Origin: Eremomyces bilateralis CBS 781.70
Lineage: Eukaryota
Length of the DNA: 64,000 nucleotides
Assembly: GCA_010015585.1 (NCBI GenBank)
Contig: ML975168.1
Strand: one strand, 5' to 3'
Shown here: piece by piece, positions 39,136-50,542 of the stretch
Layout: each line of letters opens with the position of its first letter
Position numbering within the stretch: position 1 is the first letter of the stretch
Program-made: the position numbers and the translations under genes
The notes under the pieces: generated by a model
Seen by the model: only the letters and a program-made list of their open reading frames with translations
Told to the model about the DNA's origin: nothing
Databases searched by the model: none

Positions 39136-40453
39136 ATGGTGGAATCAATAATCCAGCTTAAATGCTCTTGCAATGTCCGTTGATACCCAATTGACCTCCT
39201 GAATATGCTGCTAATGTCTCTAGACCTATTCATGGGGCAAGAAGGGGCACGAATCTCTTGCTGCAAGGCTCTGTGCCAAGGTTCCCGGGACTGACTTCAA
39301 GATCGACGACAGTAAGGAATATGCTGAAGTATAAATTGCCCGCCTCTCCCGCCAGACCAAGAAGCTCACGGGCATGCAGATGTGGATGGGGACATACCCA
39401 ACGACTCCGTCTTATGTGCTCTCTTCCGGCGAGAATCTACAAGACTTGCTCAATGCCAACAAAGAGAAGCTCATCGGTAAAACAGTCTTGGAAAAGTATG
39501 GCGCTGATTTGCCATTCCTATCTAAGATTCTGTCCGTCGCAAAGGCGTTGCCGCTCCAGCTTCACCCAAACAAAGAACTTGCGTCGCAGTTGAACAAGCA
39601 GAACCCAGAAAAGTTCAGCGATCCAAACCATAAGCCCGAGATTGCTGTTGCTCTATCAGATTTTGAGCTTTTTGTCGGTTTCAAGCCGCTCAAGGTCATC
39701 AGTGACCTCTTTCGGCTCGATATCCTCAAGCGCTTTCTTCCAGATGGCTTCAAGAGAGATAGGTTCAGTGATGCCAATCTGCGACTCATTTGTAGCTCCT
39801 TACTCAAAGCACCGGAGAGTGTTGTTGAAGAGGTGGTTCGGGATCTCCAGTCACTTTCAAAAGAGCAGCTAGGACAACAAGCGTACATGCTAGATTTGCT
39901 GCCAAGGTTACGGGAGCAATACACCAGCGCCGACAACGGGATCTTGCTGGCGCTGCTGTGCATGAACTTCATGAAGCTCAAGGCAGGAGAAGCGGTGTAT
40001 GTCCCGCAGGATAGCGTTCACGCATACCTATCTGGTGACATTGTGGAGTGCATGGCGCGCAGTGACAATGTACTCAACACTGGCTTCTGTCCTGCAGCTG
40101 ATCGGGATTCGGTCGATGTCTTTACAGACACTCTTTCGTTTTCGCCACACGAGGCTGACGCAGCGATTCTGGCTACCAAAGAGAGCGAAAAGGGCAGTGG
40201 AAAGACGATTGTCTACGCTGCAGAGTTTAGCGTTCTGTGTACTTCACTGAAAGCGGGAGAAGCCGAGAAAGTAAAGGAGATTGAAGGGCCCAGCATCTTA
40301 TGGGTAACGAGCGGTGCCGGATCATTGATTGCAAACTCGGAAGAAAAAGATCTACAAGAAGGAGGTATCTTTTTCATTGCTCAGGGGGTGCCGGTAGAGT
40401 TTACGGCGAATGACAAGGAGGCATTGGTGGCGTATCGTGCCTATGCGGAATAG
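39136..40453 (+). CDS. Mannose-6-phosphate isomerase (type I PMI), 3 exons
   Basis: YSWGKKG, YAE|MWMGTYP, LPFLSKILSV, LQLHP, DPNHKPE and HAYLSGDIVECMARSDNV. Confidence 0.92.
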
Positions 40454-40713
40454 ACTGAGACCGGAACGCGTATCGGACAACCAACGTGCTACTGATGCGC
40501 TGAGTGAAGAATAGCGGAATACAATGTCTCTAGAGCAGTTTCGCTAGGTTGTCGAATGCTAGTTGAAATCGCAAATATCAATGACATCATGCATATTCTT
40601 ACCTCCAACCCTAGTACAAAACAGCTGATACGCCACTGCCCGTTCATTCAGTGCATTTTAGAGAGTATTCTACGTACTAACCTCAGTTCTTTCTCAGATC
40701 AACTCATTGAGCA

Positions 40714-41864
40714 ATGGCCCAAACGCAAACCCAATCGCTACCACCTCTATCCATCGCAACCTCCTCCTTGAATCCATTCCCTGCGGCCACAGAAGCTCCG
40801 CACGATCTCAGCTCAAAACTCCACGCCATCACCCACGCAGGATTCCGTGCAATTGAATTAGCCTTTGCAGACTTTCTATCTTATGTTGAGCAGCACTTTG
40901 GTCGCAAGGTCGACCCTCAGGCCTGGGACGATCTAAGCACTGCGGCAAGGGCACTGCGGCAAGAATGTAAGACGTTGCAGTTGGAGATCATGATGCTTCA
41001 ACCATTCAGTAACTTTGAAGGCTGGGATCCAGAGTCGGAAGAAGGGAGAAGCAAGCGGGAAAATGCGTTTGCGAGAGCAAAGGGATGGATTCGACTTATG
41101 CAGGATCTAGGAACTGATATGTTGCAGGTATGACTTTTGCAGGCGATATATGGCTTGATAATATCTTGAGTCTAACGAGCTTTGGGATGTAGGTCGGTTC
41201 CACAGATGCTCCAAACATCAAGAAGGACAAGGCATTTCTGGCGGCAGATCTCGCCCGACTAGCAGACATGCTAGCAGAGCACAATATGCGCCTAGCCTAC
41301 GAGAACTGGTGCTGGGCCACATTCGCGACAAACTGGCGTGACGTCTACGACCTCGTCGTTGCCGTAGACCGGCCAAACATAGGGCTCTGTTTGGACACAT
41401 TCCAGTCATCCGGTGGTGAGTGGGGCGATCCAACAACAGCATCCGGCCACCGAGAAGATGTGCCGAAGCACGAGCTGGAAGATCGATTTCAGGACAGCAT
41501 GCAGCAGCTGGGGGCGACGTTACCCAAGGAGAAGATCTACTTGCTGCAGGTGTCGGATGCTTACAAGCCGCCGCAGCCGCTAGATGCGAGTCTGGACGGA
41601 AGTGGATTGAGGCCGAGGGGAAGATGGAGCGGTGCGTTTAGACCGATGCCCGGGAAGCAGGGCGGGTATTTGCCTGTTTTGGAAGTAGCGAAGGCGGTGA
41701 AGCGCACTGGGTTCCGAGGTTGGTTCAGTATTGAGATATTTGATGGTGGCCCGGCGGGCAAAGACAGGGAGCTGGGAAATCTGGACGATCAGGCTAAGGA
41801 GATTATGGAATTAAGCCAGGCATTTTTGACGAAGGCGATGGAAGAATGCGACTATGTAGTCTAA
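40714..41864 (+). CDS. Xylose-isomerase-like TIM-barrel protein (sugar-phosphate isomerase / dehydroshikimate dehydratase-like), 1 intron
   Basis: AGFRAIEL, LQPFSNFEGW, LAYENWCW, VDRPNIGLCLDTF, LQVSDA and GWFSIEIFD. Confidence 0.85.
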
Positions 41865-42050
41865 GCCCTGGAATGTTGCAATGGCAATTATACAGCAGAG
41901 ACTCCATAGTACAAACTTCTCTTGCAATCTCATTTAACACTTTGTGGACTCTCGTTTGATTTCCTCTATGTCCAGCGTACATTCATGCCAAGGGTACTCT
42001 TCTAATATTTCTATAGTGCACATCTGAGTCAAGGAACATGGAGCTGTCCA

Positions 42051-43171
42051 CTATCCGTTCACGACAACTCCACCATTCGGGTGCAAGCTCTGGCCAGAGA
42101 TAAAACTGCTGTCTTGGCTAGCCAGGAACACAAAACAGGTCGCAACCTCACTCGGCTGACCAGCACGGCCCATTGGGGTCTGATGGAACCCTTTTTGAGT
42201 TTCTTTGGTCATGGTAGCAGGAATAAGCGGAGTCCAGACTATTGGATGTGTATCAGCAGCTTGATCGAAAATGGTTGAAGCTGTGCGCATACCTGGACCT
42301 GGGCAGACACAATTGACACGAATACCTTCGCCGGCTACCTGATTCGACAGAGCCCGCGTGAATGAGACGATGGCTCCCTGGGAAATCTGTTAGCTTCAAC
42401 TGTGAGGCTGAGGTGATTGCGAACTTCAGTACCTTTGTGGATGTGTAATCGAGCAGATCAGGGCGCCCGACATAAGCGTTGATGGAGGCATTGTTGATGA
42501 TGGTATCGCCAGACTTTAGATGAGGCAAGACGTATTTAGAGAGGTAGAATACTGGGTTGATGTTTGTTGCAAAAGTATCTTCCCAAGTATGTCTGCGATA
42601 AATCAGTCACTTATCACATTCTACATGAAATGATGGACTTACTCGGTCAGATCCTTGATCTTCTCAACTTGAATCTGGGTACCAGCATTGTTGACCAGAA
42701 TATTCACACCACCAAGCTTGTCCAACGCAGTATCAATGATCTTCTTACAGTTTTCTTTCTCCTTAATGTCAGTCGCGAGCAAATAGCACTTGCGGCCATG
42801 CTCTTCCACCCGCTTCTTTGTCTCCTGGGCGTCTTCCTCTTCGTCGGGAAGTTCGACAATCAACGAGTCGGCTCCCTCCATGGCAAAGAGGATGGCAATA
42901 GCACGGCCGATGCCAGAGTCCCCACCGGTGATGATTGCCTTTTTGCCCTCTAGCTTTCCAGCGGCTTTGTACTTCTGATAGTCACCATCCTCTGTCGGTA
43001 GCTGGGTAGATACAGGCTTCGGATCCTGCATGTCTTTCTGTTTTCCAGGTCTCTCCTGATTATGGGGAGGGATTTGATGACCTATGGCAAGTTAAAGGGT
43101 GGTCTACAGATACTAACCTATACTGGTCCTTGTAAGTTGCACTTACCTTTTTCAAACTGACTTTCAGCCAT
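42051..43171 (-). CDS. Short-chain dehydrogenase/reductase (general-stress glucose-1-dehydrogenase-like, YdaD/YhxC type), about 5 exons
   Basis: YKAAGKLEGKKAIITGGDSGIGRA, LVNNAG, LLDYTSTK and PMGRAGQPSEVA...SFISGQ..HPNGG. Confidence 0.92.
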
Positions 43172-43375
43172 TTGCAGTATTTCAGTCGAGGTTCGATATG
43201 AGTTTAAATAAGAATGCGGCGTTAATTGACTAAATTGAGAGATGAGAGATGGAATTCAATTGAGCGAGGAGGGTGTTTGCAATATGCTCTATATGGCCTG
43301 CAGCTAATACTTCGGTTTTATAGGCGCCTTAATGCCGTCGATGTTCTTGGGTGTCCCACGGCCGTCACATCACCC

Positions 43376-43383
43376 TGACGTCA
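43376..43383. promoter_or_regulatory. Perfect CRE palindrome TGACGTCA, ~205 bp upstream of the SDR
   Basis: Direct consensus match; function is not shown. Confidence 0.45.
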
Positions 43384-44608
43384 GCGATGACCGAGCATTA
43401 TTTTCCGCTTCAAAGAGAATTGCAAACGTGAGCCACGTAAATGGCAGCAATTAAATGAGTGGATGTTACCACTTCTAGGACCGAGTAAACTTTCCGTTAA
43501 TCCAACCAAACCCACTTCCAGATGCCTATATTGTACAACATTTCAAGTTCATGCTGAGCGTGGGAGGTATAGAGAAAGGTAGACTTCTGGATGCGACGAA
43601 GACGAAATGTTGCGAACCCAGCCAATGGGCACGTCGTTTGAAGCTTTCTTCAACTGCATACACAGCGCAGGAACCCCACAGGTACCAAATGTTGCGCGTT
43701 CTCGTCCTAGAACTAAGACAGGTCATCATGTCTGTGTTGGATATCAACCATCTTCTCTGTTACCTCAGCAAGCTCAGGCTATTTGCAGGACTTCTTCTTC
43801 GACTGTAGCAGAAGATGGCGCATCTGCTCCATCTTCATTGTTACCGCCTCCAACATCGAAGGCAAGGACTCGCGATCAGGGGGGCGCGGTAGTTTGTGTA
43901 GCAGAATGGTCGATAGCTGGGATCTATAGCTCCGAATTCCAAATTTTTGAGATAGAATTGGTCTATATTGCGCGTAGAATCATTCCATGAAGCTGATGAT
44001 GTTGACCTGAATGCTCACCAATTTGCATGCCACGAACGTCAACGCCACCAAAAAATTTCAAATTTGGCTCAGGCCCTTCGTGTGGGTGACCCATTTTGGG
44101 TTAGCGCCTTTGCGTCCCACTGAAGGGCCTGAGAGCCTGAGGTAAGAATTAAGTCTCCAGCCTGGTCACGTTACTTGGACTAGTCCTCGAGCAAATAGCC
44201 TGAGGATCCTATCAATGACGCTTGCTGACTGTTCGATGATTTGAATGTGTTTTTCACGATTTTGGAAAATCTCACTTTTGCATATTCTTCAATAACAACA
44301 CGAGGACTTATTGTATTTGCCCTCAAATTCACTGGGCTGTGCAGCAAGGTATACTTTATCTGGAAATTGAAGCTTTTTCCACTCCCGATGCTTGTGTCTT
44401 GTGAAAAACCCTGATATGTTAGAAACCAGACCGCGTCAGAATCGTCAACCAACCACTGTTCCCACGCTTAAGGCTAAAGGGGCATGGAGAGTGCCTAGAG
44501 AAATACTACCCAAGGTCAGTGAAACGTCTACAAATACCATATAAAGCTTTCCTATGTCGGGATTGACGCGTCCGTAGTATCATTGGGCACGCGATGTAGT
44601 CACATCTC

Positions 44609-45235
44609 CTATGCCGTCCGAATCGCCTCCGCTATGAAGTAGCTGTCAACCTTGGAGGCAGTCTCGTCGTATATGGCGGCGCCGGGAGAGTAGAAAAGGT
44701 CCTCTAATGAAAGTGGAACCTCGCGGTGCAGCATCGACTTCCTCAATCCACCTGGGGGAATGTCGGCGCCTCTGAAAACTTTCCCCGTTGTCACAGAGCG
44801 CATTTCTGCATGGTTTGAAATGAGCTAGTACTTGACACATTCCCGGCTTCCCGATAGTCGAAATTGTCGTAGTCAACACAGGCGTCCAGAAGCTGGCCAT
44901 ATCGACGGACCGTCCCCTACGCACGGTTAGTCGATGTCCATTCCGAGAGAGGGTGAGGATGCCTTTGCTTGTTCTGCCACAGTTTGGAGATGCCTATAGA
45001 CTCCCTTATAGCCTTCACAAACCCCAAACTGGTGAAGAAGATCGAGGACACGTCGTTTGACGCCATTGTAATGTAGAAAGGCACCAAATACGCAGGGAAA
45101 CTTGTTGCTTCCTTCCGAGGCTCGAGAATAACAGAGAATCGATGTGATTATTGCAATCCTGTGGTTGAATTTGGAAGGATCTTGTGGCGGTCGATCTTTC
45201 CTCTCTATCTTGGGATTGCCAGGGGCGCAAAACAT
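44609..45235 (-). pseudogene. Fragmented transposon-associated ORF (DUF6589-family-like N-terminal region)
   Basis: SILCYSR..SN.F...FGAFLH.NGVKRRVLDLLHQFGVCEGY resembles, from memory, the conserved segment of fungal DUF6589 proteins. The reading frame is broken. Confidence 0.45.
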
Positions 45236-45349
45236 AAACTAACAATCTAATCCCCCTTCAACTAACTAACGACATATCCTTCACTGACTAAGAATGTATG
45301 GTAACATGCCCGGCCAATGGCAGGCAAGCAGGATAGTACTACAGCGAGA

Positions 45350-45469
45350 GAGTTCCCACGTGGTCACCCACCGTAATTATAAATTAGTACTAGTTATCCC
45401 ATCTCTAACCTGCTTGAGTACGGCAGAGCGGACGGGATGCCCTATATTCAGGTTGATATGGCCGTATGC
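45350..45469 (-). pseudogene. 5S rRNA pseudogene with degenerate or missing 3' end and small internal insertions
   Basis: Nearly identical to the intact copy from GAGTTCCC to the 5' end, with extra AT-rich bases (aattataaatt) near the internal control region. Confidence 0.9.
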
Positions 45470-45535
45470 AGTAGTAATTGAAACTTTTCACTATCAACCT
45501 AGCAATCTGCAAAATTCAACAAAACAAAAACAAAA

Positions 45536-45654
45536 ACATACAGCAATGGGAGTTCCCACGTGGTCACCCACCGTAGTACTATTCCATCTCTAACCTGCTT
45601 GAGTACGGCAGAGCGGACGGGATGCCCTATATTCAGGTTGATGTGGCCGTATGT
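45536..45654 (-). rRNA. 5S ribosomal RNA, 119 nt
   Basis: ACATACGGCC...CCCGTCCGCTCTGCCGTACTCAAGC...GGTGGGTGACCAC...GCTGTATGT. Terminal helix and AACCTG/CAGGTT helix pair; oligo-T terminator and upstream TATA-like element are present. Confidence 0.95.
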
Positions 45655-48033
45655 ATCATTAAATAAAACTTTAAACTATAAATATAGTTATTCTACTTGG
45701 GAATTGAGTCACCCATGGTTAGCACATGCGACGTTCCCCGAACTCTTCATCACAGGAGATCGACATTTAAATTCAAGCACTGCTGGGGCCATTTGAACAT
45801 AATTAAAGATCGGACTACATGGTATGAAACGATTGTGCGATGGTGTTCCTTTGATCCTATCTCCCAGATGACGACTTCGTCACTACCACCTACCCGTATC
45901 ATCAATCCCGGGCCACAGCCACGGCGTTGGAAATGAGAACGTGTTTCTCTCATTTGCGTCTTTCTGTTTGGTTAGTTGTTTACTGGTTTAAGAGAGATTC
46001 GCCGTCTCTTCCTCAAACTAAACCGTTGCAGGACCGAATCCATCTGACCCCCACCACGCATTTCTCCAATTCCAACTTCTAAGACATTCCAATTCCGGTC
46101 TGTTAAGGCGTCCTCCAACCCGAACACGTTGCTGTCGTTTCTCCACGGTCCGACCGCGGTGGTCCGGACCCCTCTCTGTTGCTGGCTTTCCACCGCATGC
46201 GACTATGTATAGGGACCGCTTGGGAAAAAGGAAGATTTTTCACAAAATTGCAAGCCAGAAAGCAGCAGATGTCAAATTTCTTTGAGGGTTGGGGGATGTC
46301 GTACAGGAGCAACGGGCAGAGGTTTCGCCGCAGGACCAGGGACGTGACCGAGCGCGAGGTTCAGGACAGGAGTCAGGACACTGAGCCTTGTGTGTTCTGG
46401 CTTTGGGTGACAATGGCATCGAGGAAGAGGAACGGATGGTATAAGCAGAGCCGGTGGTCGAGATAGAGGTAAGGAACGGGAACTGGAGAGACCAAACGAG
46501 GTACGGTAACTTCTGGTATGATATGCTGTCGAAGTGTCGACGCACTCCAGGAATGTCGCATACAATGATCGCAGCACGATACAATGGGACATTCTGAAAC
46601 CACGACAATTACCTGTACCAATACATCCACAACACCAAAACATGATCCTCATGTAGTTATATAACCGATATTTAATAATGTCCGAATCGCGAATATAAAT
46701 TGGATAATTCGAACTTCAACGAATAAGCGCCGGGTAGAGTTGTGCACAGAAACGGAAATTGTACGTTTCACCCGCTCCTTCCCTACAGCCAACCAGCCGC
46801 CTCGAAACAAGTGACTTGACTCCCTGACTTCGTTCCCTTCAAGTCTCAACTCCTTGTGCCAACGCCCAATCTCTCCAAATCCTCCATCCGGCTGTTGGCA
46901 TCCTTTCTTCCATTGTTTCTCGCTCGTTTTCTTCACTCGTTTCAAGTCTATACATCCCTTCCTTTCTCTTCCCAATTGAAGTCGAGCAAAGGCGAGTTAT
47001 CATTCACTCTGACTCCCCTACCGTACGGACTGATCGGATGTCCGGAGCAGGGAATTATTCCGCCGCCTTCATTTGCACCACCACTGACCTCAGTTAAGAG
47101 GCACCATCTTCAAGCATCGGACTAGACGCCACGCATTCATTATAGAGCATCCTCTCTTTTAGCCCTGCCTCAATTCTTCCCTCGCTCTTTCATCCGGACA
47201 TTCTTGACACCAACTTCAAGAAATCCCTTTGTGCGATCAGTGGGTGTGGGTGTGTGGGTGTGGATCTGGCTGTCTCCTTGCTCCGAGATCTTTGTTGTGT
47301 GCTCACTCCTTTGCACACATTGACTCAACCCTCATCTCCGTCCGGGCTTTGGGCTCACAGGGTCTCGCTGGCTTCAACACATCGTCGCCTCTTTGGATTC
47401 CAGATCTGGCCGTTTCGTTGTCTTCAAAACGGCGCCCATCCACGGTCGTTTCCTTACCTGGAATCATCCCACTGATTCAGTCGTTGTTGCGCCCTAGTCG
47501 CACCCTCTGCCTGTAAGATCTGTCGATTTGATAAAGGCTTGCTAAACCCTCCGTGAGGAACCTCTTATCCTTCAGGTGAGTGTCCCCTTATCCCTTTGCT
47601 CGATTCACGGGGTGTGTTTGCAGCGTGAATGGTTTCGAGCACATACCCTCAAACAAACTCATTTCTGGAGCATGATAACCTCCACCTCTCTCCAATTTGG
47701 GTACAGGTCATGTTTGTTTTGCTTTCTTTAACATTCTGCGCAGTAGCATCATCACATCTATCATCAGCACCGGTTCCCTGACCGCTCACTTCTCTTTACA
47801 TCCAAACATCACAACCCAACTTTTTCCATTCCTTAACCCTCCCAATCACTCTAGCAACTTCACACCCTCATTTCAAAACTGCTATATAGCTTTACATTAG
47901 ATACCCTCCTCATGCTAACTATCCTTAAGCCATCCTCATTCCGTGATCTGCGATTCACGGCCGGACGAACACTCCTTAGCTCTTGTATCCTTCCTAGATT
48001 CAACGAATCCGGTTCCGGTAACCTCCTGTAACC

Positions 48034-48995
48034 ATGCGTGTTGCCATCATTCTTCTTGCTGGCCTGATGGGCATGGCTGCTGCCAGCCCCGCCATGGAGC
48101 GCGCCGTCGTCACTCAGTGGGATGTGGTGGTCGTTACTACGACTGTCGTTGCTGGCCAGGAATCCACTCCCGAGCCCATTCCCGAATCCACTCAGAAGGG
48201 GAAGGAGGATGAAGAGCCTTGGATTTGGCCTGGAAAAGGTCGCGAGGGCGGAAGGATTCAACCAGAACCTGTTCCTGAGCCGAAACCGGAGGAACCCGTG
48301 GACACACCTGCTGCCGCGCCAGAAGTCCCTAGATATCAGCGCCATGTGATTGATCATCACAACGTCCATCGCCGCAATCATTCCGTTGCCGACATCCACT
48401 GGGACCAGGGCCTCGCCGACACCGCACTGAAGACCGCTAAGACCTGCGTTTATGCCCACGACGTGTAAGTTTACTTTCAGTAGCCATAAGTAAACAAACC
48501 AACCAACCAATACTAATGTCTCCTAGTGAGATGGATGGCGGTGGCTACGGTCAGAACATCGCCGCTGGCGCCGAGGAGACCAACATCACCGCCATCCTCA
48601 CGGAAATCTTCTATAACCACGAGATGATGAACTTCGAGAAGTGGTATGGCTGGGAGACACCCGGCGATATCAACGACCACGACGCGTTCATCGGCTGGGG
48701 CCACTTTACACAGATCGTCTGGGCCGATACCACGCACGTCGGCTGCGCCACGTACGATTGTCGATTCTCTGGCAAGGGGATCGCTGGTCTAGAGAACGTC
48801 AGCAAGGAGTGCTCGCCGTACTTCACCGTGTGCAACTACAAGACGTCTGGTAAGTCTTCTCTTTGATTTCCCCGTCCTCAAAGGCATACGCCTGTTGGCT
48901 GACACCACAAAACAGGCAACTTCCCCGGCCAGTTCAACAAGATGGTCAACCGCCCCCAGGGCCATCCTGTCGTGCACTGGGACTACAACTACTGA
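48034..48995 (+). CDS. Secreted CAP/SCP/PR-1 domain protein; introns 48465-48526 and 48850-48915
   Basis: Signal peptide, HHNVHRRNH, YGQNIA, GHFTQIVW and TVCNY...GN. Confidence 0.93.
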
Positions 48996-50542
48996 TTCTT
49001 CCCCATCCGGGCAGGATAATCATACGTAGCCCCATACACCTTTCCCCCCACCCCTGCAGCACGAGCCGCCATGTATAGCATGTGTCGTTAGTGTTCGTTT
49101 CGCGTTGCATGGCCTACCCCTCATAGCGCTGCAGTGTACAGTTCTCCCATCCACTCACGCATGCTGTTCGATGTTTCCCTCGCATATTCACTTCGCGCCT
49201 AGCTCTGCTTTTTTGACTTACTCCCGCTGCGTGTTTCCTGTACCGAATCCTTGTTCCTTTCGTACTACCATCCACCATCTAACCATGCCGCCGTTTTCTG
49301 TTTTGACTACCCTCACACACTGTACCCTCCCTCGTTCTCTCTACATCCCCTTACATTACCCTGCACATGGCCATTAGACCTCCATGCGTGCGCCATCATC
49401 GAAAGACTTGCACCACCACCAATCTCGATATAGGCCTGCTTTATCTTCTTGTTTCTCGTGTTGTTGCTATAGTTGCAGATGAGCACCATACCAGACTGTG
49501 GATATTCGAGAATCGAAGCAAGAACTCTGCCGAAATAACCTCTTACCCTGACGTGATTTGAGTGATGTTTGCGTCCTGAATCGATCTCTCCCGGTCGTAG
49601 TCCCTAAGGGAAACCCAGTTGGGCTTGCGCGATTATCTATCAGCCTTCTAAGATCTCGAATATCGGAGGTGTAGCCTAGAAAGCTAGACTATGAATCCAC
49701 ATGGAAGAAACCCAGTCACGTGGCCCTTGCTCTTTAGGTTGTTTGCAGTATCGCTCCGTGACACATCTAGCCGCGGCGCCATCCACCTCTCGAGAAGCTT
49801 GTAGGCATACGAGTCCGAAACCTAACACCAATCCATCACCAAAATTACACTTGCGAAGCCGCTGGGTATGATATCTGTCTGACCATAAAATCGAGCGAAA
49901 TTGAAATGGTTCGACAATTCTATCTAGCGGAGAGAACAGAATAATGAAGGCAGGTAAGGCAAGTTATCAGTCAAGGTGTGGAGTTGGGTTAGAGTTTCGG
50001 CTAGTTCCGATCGGCGTTCAGGAATAAGCAAGATGATGGAAGTAGCTAGGAGGAATAGATCTCACCATGAAAAGGGGTTACTACTATTCACTCAAGGTAA
50101 TTTCAATAGGTCAAATGAATTGAATTTTTGTCAAGCTTATAAGAGATATTGATAGGCTGACTTTTGTAACTTACTTGCCTTTAACTACATGTATCGATTG
50201 AAGGGCGTGACAGTGGTGAACTTGCCATACCGGGACAGGACAGGAGGACTACGGCATCTCTCATCTAACAGGGCTGCACTAGTCATGTCTAGACGTAAAC
50301 TCTCGTCAATAGACTATTCTGTGAGCAAACTGGTAAAATAACTCGAGATTGCCTATATGCGTGAATTACATGTCTATATTTCGTTACTACTGAGCGACGA
50401 GCATTATAAACTCGGTCCACTCATGATAATGTCCTCTCCATGCAATCGTCCCAATACGCCGATCAAAGCCACTTAAAAACGCCGAAAAGAAGTAAACATG
50501 CCATACTTCCGGGCAGATCAAATCCATACGGTACCAGTACCA

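Larger units (their letters stand above)
35995..45349. mobile_element. Putative cargo-carrying insertion in a 5S rRNA gene (degenerate Starship-like element)
   Basis: Direct repeat GAGTTCCC (35987-35994 and 45350-45357) with complementary 5S pieces on either side, plus an imperfect inverted repeat (35998-36013 vs 45340-45354). No intact recombinase is visible. Confidence 0.6.

Noticed and set aside
43526..43990. Short ORFs upstream of the SDR
   Set aside because: No frame gave a recognisable protein; possibly decayed coding DNA, but unsupported.
44068..44133. Branched hairpin as a tRNA
   Set aside because: Only two inner arms, an over-long outer stem, and no TTC T-loop or A/B-box pattern.
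45972..47516. Several overlapping 70-126 aa ORFs
   Set aside because: No family motif or convincing splice model; the right part may be promoter or 5' UTR of the CAP gene.
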